Shown here piece by piece: positions 45,064-53,725 of a stretch of DNA of 64,000 nt (position 1 is its first letter; each line of letters opens with the position of its first letter). The DNA lies in contig SXKT01000014.1 of assembly GCA_005778035.1 (NCBI GenBank), positions 9,285 to 73,284 on the forward strand, given 5' to 3'. Source of the stretch: Chloroflexota bacterium (GTDB lineage Bacteria; Chloroflexota; Anaerolineae; Anaerolineales; Villigracilaceae). A model generated the notes under the pieces. That model searched no databases. It saw only the letters and a program-made list of their open reading frames with translations, and had not been told where the DNA came from. Position numbers and translations under genes: made by a program.

Positions 45064-46467
45064 GTGATGGAAGAATCTTATGATGTTGTTGTGGTCGGCG
45101 CCGGCCCTGGTGGGTATGTTGCCGCGATCAGATCTGCCCAGCTCGGGTTAAAAACCGCGATCATTGAAAAGCAATGGTTAGGTGGTGTGTGCCTAAATGT
45201 AGGTTGCATCCCATCAAAATCACTCTTGAAAAATGCCGATGTTGCCCATACCTTACGGGAACGCGGCAAAGAGTTGGGATTCAGCTTTGATAACCTTGTG
45301 CTTGATTATGCGGTGGCGGTAAAACGTAGCCGCCAGGTTTCTGACCGCCTGGTTAAAGGTGTGGGTTTCCTGATGAAGAAAAACAATGTTGCTGTTCTTA
45401 ATGGCACCGCCAAATTGGCAGGAAAGCAAACGATCACGGTAACGGCAAGCGATGGAACCTCCCAGCAGATCTCGGCTAAAAACATCATTCTCGCAACCGG
45501 AGCATCCTCGATCGTCCCAAACGCCTGGCAATTTGACGGCCAAAAAGTGCTTACATACAAAGAAGCGATCTTGCAAGAGAAACAACCGGCGTCCGTTGTT
45601 GTGATCGGTTCCGGCGCTATTGGCAGTGAGTTTTCAACGGTTTGGAATTCTTACGGCACCGAAGTGACCATTGTAGAGATGTTGCCGCGCGTTGTGCCAC
45701 TGGAAGATGAAGAAGTGAGCCAGGAACTTGAAAAGTCATTTAAAAAACGCGGCATTAAAACCCTTACAGGACACAAAGTAGAATCGGTTGAAACAACCGA
45801 TGTGGGGGTTAAGGTAACCGTTTCGGCGGATGGAGTTGAAAAAGTATTGGAAGCCGAGCAAGCATTGGTGGCGATTGGATTTCGGCCCAACTCATCTGGC
45901 ATCGGATTGGAAGATGTGGGTGTAAAAACCAATGAACGCGGGTTTGTTGAAATTTCCGCAACAATGGCGACCAATATTGAGGGAATCTATGCAATTGGAG
46001 ACCTTACCGGAAAACTCATGTTGGCCCATGTGGCTTCTGCCCAAGCGATCATCGCCGCAGAAACTATCGCCGGTTTGCCTACCCACCCGCTGAAATACGA
46101 GAACATGCCACGCGCTACCTACTGCCAGCCACAAGTGGCGTCTTTTGGCCTTACCGAAAAGCAAGCCCAGGATACTGGTGTGGCGGTCAAGATCGCCAAA
46201 TTCCCGTTTCAGGCCAATGGCAAAGCCTTGGGGTTGGGCGAATACGCTGGATGGGTTAAGTTTGTGGTGAATTCGGATACGGGTGTTCTCGTCGGCGCTC
46301 ATCTTATCGGGCCCGAAGTTACAGAGTTGTTGCCCGAATTGACACTGGCAGAACGGCATGGCATCAGTGTGGAAGATATTGCGCACAATGTCCATGCCCA
46401 TCCGACCATTTCAGAAGCATTGATGGAAGTTGCGCATGCCGCCTATGGTGCTCCAATCCATATGTAG
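45064..46467 (+). CDS. lpd: Dihydrolipoyl dehydrogenase
   Basis: FAD motif VVVGAGPGG. Redox-active disulfide GGVCLNVGCIPSK. C-terminal HAHPT interface motif. Confidence 0.92.
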   Translation: MMEESYDVVVVGAGPGGYVAAIRSAQLGLKTAIIEKQWLGGVCLNVGCIPSKSLLKNADVAHTLRERGKELGFSFDNLVLDYAVAVKRSRQVSDRLVKGVGFLMKKNNVAVLNGTAKLAGKQTITVTASDGTSQQISAKNIILATGASSIVPNAWQFDGQKVLTYKEAILQEKQPASVVVIGSGAIGSEFSTVWNSYGTEVTIVEMLPRVVPLEDEEVSQELEKSFKKRGIKTLTGHKVESVETTDVGVKVTVSADGVEKVLEAEQALVAIGFRPNSSGIGLEDVGVKTNERGFVEISATMATNIEGIYAIGDLTGKLMLAHVASAQAIIAAETIAGLPTHPLKYENMPRATYCQPQVASFGLTEKQAQDTGVAVKIAKFPFQANGKALGLGEYAGWVKFVVNSDTGVLVGAHLIGPEVTELLPELTLAERHGISVEDIAHNVHAHPTISEALMEVAHAAYGAPIHM

Positions 46468-46494
46468 GATTTTGAGGACCAAATAAAAGTGATA

Positions 46495-46523
46495 AAAAGC
46501 CGCGTTGCATAACGCGGCTTTTT
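46495..46523. terminator. Rho-independent terminator after lpd (bidirectional appearance)
   Basis: aaaagccgcgtt-gcat-aacgcggctttt. 12-bp stem with a T-run downstream and an A-run upstream. Confidence 0.85.
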
Positions 46524-46552
46524 GTTGCAATCATAAACTGTCCCTTAAAGCA

Positions 46553-46582
46553 GCCAGCACCGAGGGAGGACTCGGTGCTGGC
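46553..46582. other. Perfect 12-bp hairpin in a convergent intergenic region
   Basis: gccagcaccgag-ggagga-ctcggtgctggc. No flanking T-run on either strand. Confidence 0.6.
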
Positions 46583-46704
46583 ATTCGCCAAAGGAGGAGA
46601 CAACAATGAGCGTTTGACCGCTCTGATGACCTAAATATAACCCATTGTGCAAAATATCACAAGCGCGATTGTCATAAAACTGATCAGACAAAAATCACTT
46701 TGGA

Positions 46705-47397
46705 TTAATCCTCATCTTGCTGGCGTTCGTAAGCCCGGCTGAGAGTGGGTCCAGAGCGACCCTCAGAGCCGGTCAATTGGTTAGAAAGAGTTGATAGTGC
46801 TTTTTCCAAATGCTCTCCGCGTATGCTAAATGTGATGTCTCCGCGGGTTTTTTCGATGATGCTGCGGGCAATATCGGTTTGGCGGCGTAAACCATTGGTG
46901 ATGGCGTCCGGGTAATCCATGGTTACCAAAATGGCATAAATATCGTCCATCTGGGTTAGCAGGCGTTCAGCTTCTGTTGAATAACCGTTTCGCAAAATAT
47001 CGAGGCATCTGCGGCGCAATTCTCCAATCACCTCGGCCAGGCCGTTGAGGTAGGTATTGGTTTCAACGCCGAGTGCCGAAGGCTCGGGTAACTCTGCACC
47101 TTTGATGAGTGCGCAAGTGGCATTTGCTTCGACATACTCCTTGAGGGCATCCTGCGTGTAGCCTGCGAAATACAAGTCGGGGAAGTTTGCGACAGCGTTT
47201 TTGAGGGCACTGGCGAGTTGGTCGGCTTCACCCAACTGGACGCGCATGCCTTCTTCATCATCACGGTGGACAGCCCGAATGGCTTGTGAACAACAGCGGG
47301 TGAGGGAGCGCGCTTGCGAGAGAGCCTGGTCGCGGGCGGCAGTTTTTGCATCAAATTGTTCTCTTATCTTTTCAGCGATCTGCTCAAGCATCTCCAT
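46705..47397 (-). CDS. Translin/TRAX-like protein (C3PO-type putative nuclease)
   Basis: LKEYVEANA (cf. TRAX QEYVEA). TYLNGLAEVIGELRRR (cf. DYLLGVADLTGELMR). C-terminal DITFSIRG (cf. translin VYDLSIRG). Start at ATG 47397, or alternatively 47391 or 47436. Confidence 0.7.
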   Translation of the reverse strand: MEMLEQIAEKIREQFDAKTAARDQALSQARSLTRCCSQAIRAVHRDDEEGMRVQLGEADQLASALKNAVANFPDLYFAGYTQDALKEYVEANATCALIKGAELPEPSALGVETNTYLNGLAEVIGELRRRCLDILRNGYSTEAERLLTQMDDIYAILVTMDYPDAITNGLRRQTDIARSIIEKTRGDITFSIRGEHLEKALSTLSNQLTGSEGRSGPTLSRAYERQQDED

Positions 47398-47758
47398 CGG
47401 GATTGTCTCCTGGTACGGTATCGGGGCCTTTTTCATCGGCGGGTGAAGTTACGTTCTTGAACAATTTATCGGCAAGGGTCGTGTTGGGAATTTTAATCTC
47501 GCCATAAATTTCCTCATATTTTGAGATCTGCTCCTGAAGCGCACGCAGCAAGCGTTGGGCACTGAGTGGAGCCATGATCACTCTTTGGGTTGCAATTACT
47601 GCTGGTTCGTTTGGCAGCGCGTATGCAAAATCCAACACGATCTCAGTCGCGGATTGGGTAATGCGGGCGATGTTGGAATAATTCTGGGTAATGGTAGGCG
47701 GAGTAATAAATTTTCGGTTAGGTTTATTCATAGGTTTATAAAACCCCGATGTTGGCAT
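47384..47758 (-). CDS. DUF3467-like protein
   Basis: The core ITQNYSNIARITQSATEIVLDFAY..RVIMAPLSAQRLLRALQEQI matches my recollection of DUF3467. Start at ATG 47758 or 47731; the longer ORF-track version overlaps ssb. Confidence 0.6.
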   Translation of the reverse strand: MPTSGFYKPMNKPNRKFITPPTITQNYSNIARITQSATEIVLDFAYALPNEPAVIATQRVIMAPLSAQRLLRALQEQISKYEEIYGEIKIPNTTLADKLFKNVTSPADEKGPDTVPGDNPDGDA

Positions 47759-47777
47759 CGGGGTTGATTCGTTTGGT

Positions 47778-48221
47778 TTAGAAGGGGATCTCGTCTTCGT
47801 CAGATGGCGCGCCAACAAAGCCCTGGGTAGATTCAAAGTTACGCCCACCTCCTGAGAGATCACCACCTGATTCGTTGGGGCTGGAGAGGAATCTTACAGT
47901 TGATGCGCTTACTTCGAAGGAGGCTCTGGTTTGGTTGGTTTGGGTGGTGTACACCCGTGGCCCGCCAGTAGCAGGGTCTGCGGTGAGTCGGCCTTCTACC
48001 AGCACTTTGTTGCCTTTTTTGAGGTATTGGTTACAGGTTTCGGCGCTTTTTCCCCAGGTTGTGACACGGAACCAAACAGTTTCTTTGATCTGTTCTCCGT
48101 TGTTGCCGGTATAGCTGCGGCTTGTTGCAACGTTGAACGATGTGACCGCCTGGCCGCTGGGGGTGTAGCGCATTTCAGGGTCACGGCCGAGGTTTCCTAC
48201 AATGATCAGGTTTTGGTACAT
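47778..48221 (-). CDS. ssb: Single-stranded DNA-binding protein
   Basis: OB-fold N-terminus NLIIVGNLGRDPEMRYTPSG. Gly-rich linker. Canonical acidic tail DEDEIPF. Confidence 0.92.
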   Translation of the reverse strand: MYQNLIIVGNLGRDPEMRYTPSGQAVTSFNVATSRSYTGNNGEQIKETVWFRVTTWGKSAETCNQYLKKGNKVLVEGRLTADPATGGPRVYTTQTNQTRASFEVSASTVRFLSSPNESGGDLSGGGRNFESTQGFVGAPSDEDEIPF

Positions 48222-48284
48222 AACATATCTCCTTGGATTATCAGGTACCGTCGCGCCTGCGACGGGGCAATTGGTTGTAGGTTT

Positions 48285-48313
48285 ATTTTACCCAGTTTTT
48301 TTGGTTTAGGCAA
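48285..48313 (-). promoter_or_regulatory. Candidate sigma70 promoter for the ssb operon
   Basis: Minus strand reads TTGCCT, then a 17-nt spacer, then TAAAAT, about 60 nt upstream of the ssb ATG. The 5' leader contains the hairpin ccgtcgc-aggc-gcgacgg. Confidence 0.4.
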
Positions 48314-48315
48314 TA

Positions 48316-50328
48316 TTACTGAACATATTTTCTAATCATATTTGTCGCGACCACCTCGGCAATATCAAGGACTGGCAACGGCTCCGGGTCCTCCTTGGAG
48401 GCATCTGTAAGCATTGCCAGGCAGAATGGGCAACCTACACCAATAGAATTGGCTTGGGAATCCTTTAGAAGTTGGTAACGACGTTGGTTGTTTTTTACCT
48501 CACCCCCTTCTTCCTTCCAGAATTGGCCACCACCAGCACCACAACAAATCGTTTCTTGCTGGTTATCGACTGCCTCCAGAAGTGTATTTTGGGATTGTTT
48601 GATGATCGACCGAGGTTCTGAGCTGATCTGGTTGTGTCGGCTGAGATAACAGGGATCGTGGAATACCATAGGCACCGTTGTTTTAGTGGAATCCAATTGG
48701 ATGGCGCCGTTGCCAATGAGTTCATTAATTACTTGGCTGTGATGGACAACCTGAAAATTTGCCCCCATTTGTTTGTATTCATTTTTAAGTGTGTTTAGGC
48801 AATGAGGGCAGGCAGTAACAATACGTTGCGCATCTACCGCGTTTAGAGTGGCGATATTTTCCTCAGCAAGCTGGAAGAAAATATCTTCACGGCCAGCCCG
48901 GCGGGCAGAATCTCCTGTGCACCGTTCGGCATTACCTAAAATGGCAAATTCTGTTCTGGCCTCTTGCAGGATTTGGGCAAAGGCTTGGGCGGTTTTTTGC
49001 GCACGGGGGTCAGTAGCGGCTGCGCAGCCAACCCACCAAAGCAACTTGGGTTTTTGACCGGCATGCGCGATAGGGATATTTAGTCCGTCTGCCCATTTGG
49101 TTCGGTTGGCTGTGGGGGTGTTCCACGGATTGGAATTGCGTTCCATTCCCTTGAAAGCTGACTCCAATTGTCGAGGAAAGCTACTTTCCATCATCGCTAA
49201 ATGTCGTCGATAAGACAGGATGTCGACCAATGGCTCATTCCCAACCGGGCATACCTCAACGCAAGCCCCGCAGGTGGTACAAGCCCAAACCGCTTCCGGG
49301 CTGATCAAATCGGCAATCTTCACCTGGCCTGGGTGCCGGGTATTTAATGCATAACGCTTGTTTACTTCATAAATCGCGGGGGAGAGTGGTTTGCCTGTTT
49401 GGTAGGGAGGGCATACATCTTGGCATCGAAAACACATGATGCAGGCGTATGCATCAGCAATACGTTGTTTGGGTAATTGATCCAATGTTTCGGTTCCAAA
49501 GGTTTCCACTGATTCGTCGTTTAGATCCAGTGATGGCAAGTCAATTAATCCTTGCCGTTTTTGCCTCATGAGTTGATTGAGCGGGGCAAAAAACAGGTGG
49601 ATATGTTTTGAGATGGCAAAGTATGGCAGGAAAGCCAAAATGGCACCCATTGAGATCCAAAACGAAAAGTGCTCGATGGTCTGGATATGCCGGCTTGGTA
49701 GTGTTTGAAGTAGGCCCGCAAGGGCATTGGCGATGGGTTCGTTAGAAGTGGACGAAGGCTCTTTGGTGGCCAAAAATGCGGCTTCTCCGATCAAACGGGC
49801 AAGGTTGTGCGCAAAAATGAATGTGGCTACGATGGCAGAATCTTGTCGAATACGCGTGATCACCGCATCTGCCCCAAGGACGTGGCTTCTGGATGTGAAT
49901 GTGATTGGTTGGAATAAAAAGCGGCGCAATGAAAGCGCGACTATGCCTGCCAAGATCAATACATTAAAAAGATCTATTAGGAATAGGATGGGGTATGAAA
50001 GAATGCCGATGTGATCGAAAAACCTGAAGCCGAAGAGGGCATACAAAAGGTCGTTTGCATTTGCAATAAGGAAGAACATAAACCCCCATGCAACCAGACC
50101 ATGGAGGATGGATGTGGCTGGACGGACCTTGAAAGTTGGGCGCAAAGTGATGAAATTGTAGATCGTGCCGATCAGATTTTCTTGAATCTGATCAAGGCTT
50201 ATTTGCCCCTGGCCAGCTCGTATATTGCGGGTGATATTGCCGATGGCCAAAGTTGAGGCTACCAACGAAAGGATCGAAGCCAAAACAAACAACACACCTT
50301 CAAGGGTCGATAACATGGCTTGCTCCAC
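48316..50328 (-). CDS. Membrane-anchored HdrD/GlpC/DsrK-like Fe-S oxidoreductase (EtfD-like architecture)
   Basis: 670 aa. N-terminal polytopic domain with conserved-looking His residues. Two ferredoxin motifs, CIMCFRCQDVCP and CTTCGACVEVCP. Two CCG-type Cys-rich domains (TACPHC..; ICCGAGGG..GCPFC). Confidence 0.8.
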   Translation of the reverse strand: MEQAMLSTLEGVLFVLASILSLVASTLAIGNITRNIRAGQGQISLDQIQENLIGTIYNFITLRPTFKVRPATSILHGLVAWGFMFFLIANANDLLYALFGFRFFDHIGILSYPILFLIDLFNVLILAGIVALSLRRFLFQPITFTSRSHVLGADAVITRIRQDSAIVATFIFAHNLARLIGEAAFLATKEPSSTSNEPIANALAGLLQTLPSRHIQTIEHFSFWISMGAILAFLPYFAISKHIHLFFAPLNQLMRQKRQGLIDLPSLDLNDESVETFGTETLDQLPKQRIADAYACIMCFRCQDVCPPYQTGKPLSPAIYEVNKRYALNTRHPGQVKIADLISPEAVWACTTCGACVEVCPVGNEPLVDILSYRRHLAMMESSFPRQLESAFKGMERNSNPWNTPTANRTKWADGLNIPIAHAGQKPKLLWWVGCAAATDPRAQKTAQAFAQILQEARTEFAILGNAERCTGDSARRAGREDIFFQLAEENIATLNAVDAQRIVTACPHCLNTLKNEYKQMGANFQVVHHSQVINELIGNGAIQLDSTKTTVPMVFHDPCYLSRHNQISSEPRSIIKQSQNTLLEAVDNQQETICCGAGGGQFWKEEGGEVKNNQRRYQLLKDSQANSIGVGCPFCLAMLTDASKEDPEPLPVLDIAEVVATNMIRKYVQ

Positions 50329-50332
50329 GGGT

Positions 50333-51268
50333 TCAAAGTTGGGATAAATTGTCTAACATGTTGTGGGTCAGCGACACGCGGTTTTCCAAGATGAAATCCC
50401 ACAGCCGGTTGGTGGCCATCGTGTTTGATTTGCTGATATGGCGAGCCAGGTAGATCGGTTGGCGAATATCCACCCCTGCCAGGGTTGCTTCCTTGACCTT
50501 GCCAAGCGCAAGGCTGCGGGATGCCATCATTTCAGAAATGAATGTGATACCAATGCCATTTTCTACCGCCATTAATACCGCTTCCGCGTCTTCCAATTGG
50601 GATACGATATTAAAACGGCTGGCATCAATTCCGTATTCCTTGAGAGATTCGTAGAGTACCTCGTTTGTGGCTGTTGTCTTTGTTCGCCGAATGAAAGGTT
50701 GGCTATATAACTCATCATGGCTGATCTGGTCCCTTTTTGTCCATGGATGGTGTTCAGGTACGATCAGGATGACCTTGTCCTCGATGATCAAAAAGGATTC
50801 GATATCTTTGTGGTCAATTTCTTTGCCTACAATGCCCAAATCTATGTTTTGCTGAAGCAATCCATCCAGAACGATCGGACGTGATTTGGAAGTTACGACG
50901 GATTTTACTTTGGGGTGGATCTTTTGAAAGGCAGCCAACAAATTGGGTAAAAAATAATTACCTGAGGTGGTAGCAGAGGCAATTTTGACGTTGCCGACCA
51001 GCTCGTTTTTTGAGTTCAGGATCACATCTTCACACACTCTGGCAGAACGCAACAATTCTCGCGCAGATGGTAGAATGTTGATTGCTTCCTGAGTTAATTG
51101 GATGGACCTCCCTAAACGAAGGAACAACTCAACTCCGTAATTTCGCTCGAGAGACTGAATATTTTGGCTAACAGCGGATTGTGACAAATGCAGGCGAGCG
51201 GCTGCTTTGCTAAAACTCATTTCCTCGGCGGCGGTTACAAATACCAAAATTTCAGCGAGATTGATCAT
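50333..51268 (-). CDS. LysR family transcriptional regulator
   Basis: N-terminal HTH FSKAAARLHLSQSAVSQNIQSLE. 311 aa with a C-terminal substrate-binding domain. Confidence 0.9.
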   Translation of the reverse strand: MINLAEILVFVTAAEEMSFSKAAARLHLSQSAVSQNIQSLERNYGVELFLRLGRSIQLTQEAINILPSARELLRSARVCEDVILNSKNELVGNVKIASATTSGNYFLPNLLAAFQKIHPKVKSVVTSKSRPIVLDGLLQQNIDLGIVGKEIDHKDIESFLIIEDKVILIVPEHHPWTKRDQISHDELYSQPFIRRTKTTATNEVLYESLKEYGIDASRFNIVSQLEDAEAVLMAVENGIGITFISEMMASRSLALGKVKEATLAGVDIRQPIYLARHISKSNTMATNRLWDFILENRVSLTHNMLDNLSQL

Positions 51269-51357
51269 AGGAGCCTTTGTTGGAATATAATATACGCTTA
51301 TAATATCATAAATCTAATATCGCGTTAGCTTATACCATTTTTTTTACGGAGTATATT

Positions 51358-52026
51358 GTGACAGCTGAATTTGCACGAACCTCACAGACGAAAATGAACC
51401 GAAAGCCAGCACGCGGGGCGTACGATGAAGAGACCATCCATGCGATTTTGGATGATGCCATATTTTGCCAGGTCGCTTTCATTGTTGATGGACGCCCGTT
51501 TGTAATTCCGAGTAATTTTGGCCGCATTGACAATACGATCTACCTGCATGGGGCAAAAGCCAGCCGATTGATGAAGGCGATCGCTTCTGGAGAAGCGATT
51601 TGCATTGGTGTTACGCATTTGGATGGTTTGGTGCTTGCACGTTCACTATTCTCTCACTCGGTTAATTACCGATCAGCAGTTTTGTTTGGCCATGGCCGCC
51701 TGGTTACGGAATTGGCTGAACAAATGGAGGCGCTAAAAGCAGTGACAGACCAACTCTTGCCCGGCAGGTGGGATGAAGCGCGCAAACCAAGCCAAAAGGA
51801 GATCGACTCTACCGCGATAGTGGCTTTTGAGATTGAAGAAGCATCAGCAAAAAGCAGGCAGGGTGGGGTCTTGGATGAACCCGAAGATATGGAGCTGCCA
51901 GTATGGGCTGGCGTGGTGGAGATGGCTCAAATTCCGATGAAAATACTGCCAGAAAGCGGGTTACCGGAAAGTGTTGAAATTGCGCCATCCGTCGCCAAAT
52001 GGTTTGGGAATGCAGTGGGTCACTGA
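51358..52026 (+). CDS. Pyridoxamine 5'-phosphate oxidase family (flavin-binding split-barrel) protein
   Basis: ..RKPARGAYDEETIHAILDDAIFCQVAF..YLHGA.. pattern. GTG 51358 or ATG 51394 as start. Confidence 0.7.
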   Translation: MTAEFARTSQTKMNRKPARGAYDEETIHAILDDAIFCQVAFIVDGRPFVIPSNFGRIDNTIYLHGAKASRLMKAIASGEAICIGVTHLDGLVLARSLFSHSVNYRSAVLFGHGRLVTELAEQMEALKAVTDQLLPGRWDEARKPSQKEIDSTAIVAFEIEEASAKSRQGGVLDEPEDMELPVWAGVVEMAQIPMKILPESGLPESVEIAPSVAKWFGNAVGH

Positions 52027-53672
52027 ATTGGTTCTGCGTCGCGGCTAACATCCGCTACATAATCGGTTGAACCGGGGCAAAAAGTATCCAAATTGGCGCT
52101 GATCCTGTCCCATGAAAGGATTGGATCGGCTGAAAGGTCGTATGCGTTGGTAACCGCGTCACCGAGGCAACCACTGCCCGCGTTGTAGTTCACCAAGGTT
52201 AGTTTCCACATCGTTTCGTAATCCAACAAGTTGCCGGGTTTTTCGTCGGTAATGTTTTCCACGATCTTGCCGGCTTGTTCGCAATTGGCAAGCAAGGTAT
52301 GCGCAAATATCCCCACGCTAAAATCTGCCTTGGTCAAGTCCAAGCCGAGAGGACAGTCGGCACATCGGGCGTCTACGCTGCTTATGAGTGCGCCTTGCAG
52401 AAGTTGTTGTTGATAGGCAGGCAGTTTGGCATAGCCATTGGCGGCACAAATGTCGGCATCTAACACCAGGGGGCAAAAAGTAGCATAAAAAGCCGGATTC
52501 CATAATAATGCGGTATCAGCGCCACCCTCTGTCATTTGCCCCAAACCCACATCGCCACCATTTCTGAATACTCCCGGCCAAAATTGGCTCTCACGGCTGA
52601 ACAAATTTTTTAACAGCTGGGCGGGCACATCCTTTTCTCGCGCCACGTTAAGGATCACTTTATCAAAACGGTTTTGCCATTCCAGCACATCAGCCTTGGC
52701 TGCGTCCATGCCGCAACCGCTGACTGAACCATCCTCCGCAAAACCATTGTTATCGCACCCGGAAGCATCGCTTACGCCTTGCCGGATCAGGTTTGCGGCC
52801 AAATATTCGTACGGGATCTTGGATTGGAGTTGTCTGCCGCTCTTGGGAGTACGAAGCCACTGTGGGATCCCTTCAACCGGCCGAAAGGTCTCCCATACGG
52901 CTGCGCAAGAAGCGATTTCCGGGCCATCCCACTGGGTGGAAAATACATCTACTTGCCAACGGTCTATCAAATGTTTATCGTCGGGGTTTTTGCTCACCCT
53001 GACTACAGCCTCAAAAACTGGTGAACTGTCGCCGTAGGTGGAATCGGCCCAGAAAGTGAGCCGGATACCTTCATCACCCGTTTTGGATAATTTGAAAATG
53101 CATTGATCGCCATCGCAATCAAATCGGTCGTCGCCTGCGAAACCGCTAATGCGGATGATTCTTTCGTTTGGCAAGGATTCAATACCACGCAACACCAGCG
53201 TAGGTTGCTCTGTGCACCAACCGTTTTCATCCTCTTTGCAATTTTCGAGGTGGATCAATACGGTGGGTGGGGGCAATTTGATGACCAACTCTTTTGCGAT
53301 CGGCTGTTGGGAAATTTCGATAAAGTAATAACCGGGGCAATCCTTGGGGTCTTTTTCGGTGCATGCCTGGCGTGAAGAACGCCACTTTTTGAATACTTCT
53401 TCTGAACATGCAGATTGTACATCTTCAAGAGTTGGCAAGCCTTCGTGGTCGGCAAAAAATGAACAGACTATTTCGTCTTTTGCCCAACTTGCCATCCACC
53501 ATTCGTGCCGCAGCGCATCTACCTGGATAGCCTGAAAACGATTTGGACCATTAACGGTTGGAATGGCATTGCCGGCTAGGGCGATCGATGGCCAAATGGA
53601 AAAAGCCAAAATGGCGATAAGAGCTATTTTGGCGAGCCTGTGAAAATTTGGCGTTTTAATCGCTATGCTCAT
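52020..53672 (-). CDS. Secreted Cys-rich protein with a C-terminal lytic transglycosylase (SLT) domain
   Basis: Start at ATG 53672, which gives the signal peptide MSIAIKTPNFHRLAKIALIAILAFSIWPSIALA. SLT motifs RESQF (catalytic Glu), GLGQM and VNYNAGSG. Confidence 0.75.
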   Translation of the reverse strand: MSIAIKTPNFHRLAKIALIAILAFSIWPSIALAGNAIPTVNGPNRFQAIQVDALRHEWWMASWAKDEIVCSFFADHEGLPTLEDVQSACSEEVFKKWRSSRQACTEKDPKDCPGYYFIEISQQPIAKELVIKLPPPTVLIHLENCKEDENGWCTEQPTLVLRGIESLPNERIIRISGFAGDDRFDCDGDQCIFKLSKTGDEGIRLTFWADSTYGDSSPVFEAVVRVSKNPDDKHLIDRWQVDVFSTQWDGPEIASCAAVWETFRPVEGIPQWLRTPKSGRQLQSKIPYEYLAANLIRQGVSDASGCDNNGFAEDGSVSGCGMDAAKADVLEWQNRFDKVILNVAREKDVPAQLLKNLFSRESQFWPGVFRNGGDVGLGQMTEGGADTALLWNPAFYATFCPLVLDADICAANGYAKLPAYQQQLLQGALISSVDARCADCPLGLDLTKADFSVGIFAHTLLANCEQAGKIVENITDEKPGNLLDYETMWKLTLVNYNAGSGCLGDAVTNAYDLSADPILSWDRISANLDTFCPGSTDYVADVSRDAEPIQ

Positions 53673-53676
53673 CAAT

Positions 53677-53710
53677 AAAAAAATCCGCCATATCAGTATA
53701 GCGGATTTTT
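53677..53710 (-). terminator. Rho-independent terminator at the end of the ccm operon
   Basis: Minus strand reads aaaaatccgc-(12 nt)-gcggattttttt. 10-bp stem plus a T7 run, 16 nt after the ccmD-like stop. Confidence 0.75.
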
Positions 53711-53725
53711 GGCACAACAATTGGG

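Noticed and set aside
46606-46617. The mini-ORF ATG-AGC-GTT-TGA behind a perfect AAAGGAGGAGA Shine-Dalgarno-like sequence.
   Set aside because: Three codons cannot be supported as a gene. The purine tract may simply be part of the structured spacer. It is mentioned only within the hairpin finding.
51269-51357. A LysR-type T-N11-A box in the LysR / PNPOx divergent region (for example, TTAT-AATATC-ATAA).
   Set aside because: The region is AT-rich, so many such dyads occur by chance. No specific site can be supported by eye.
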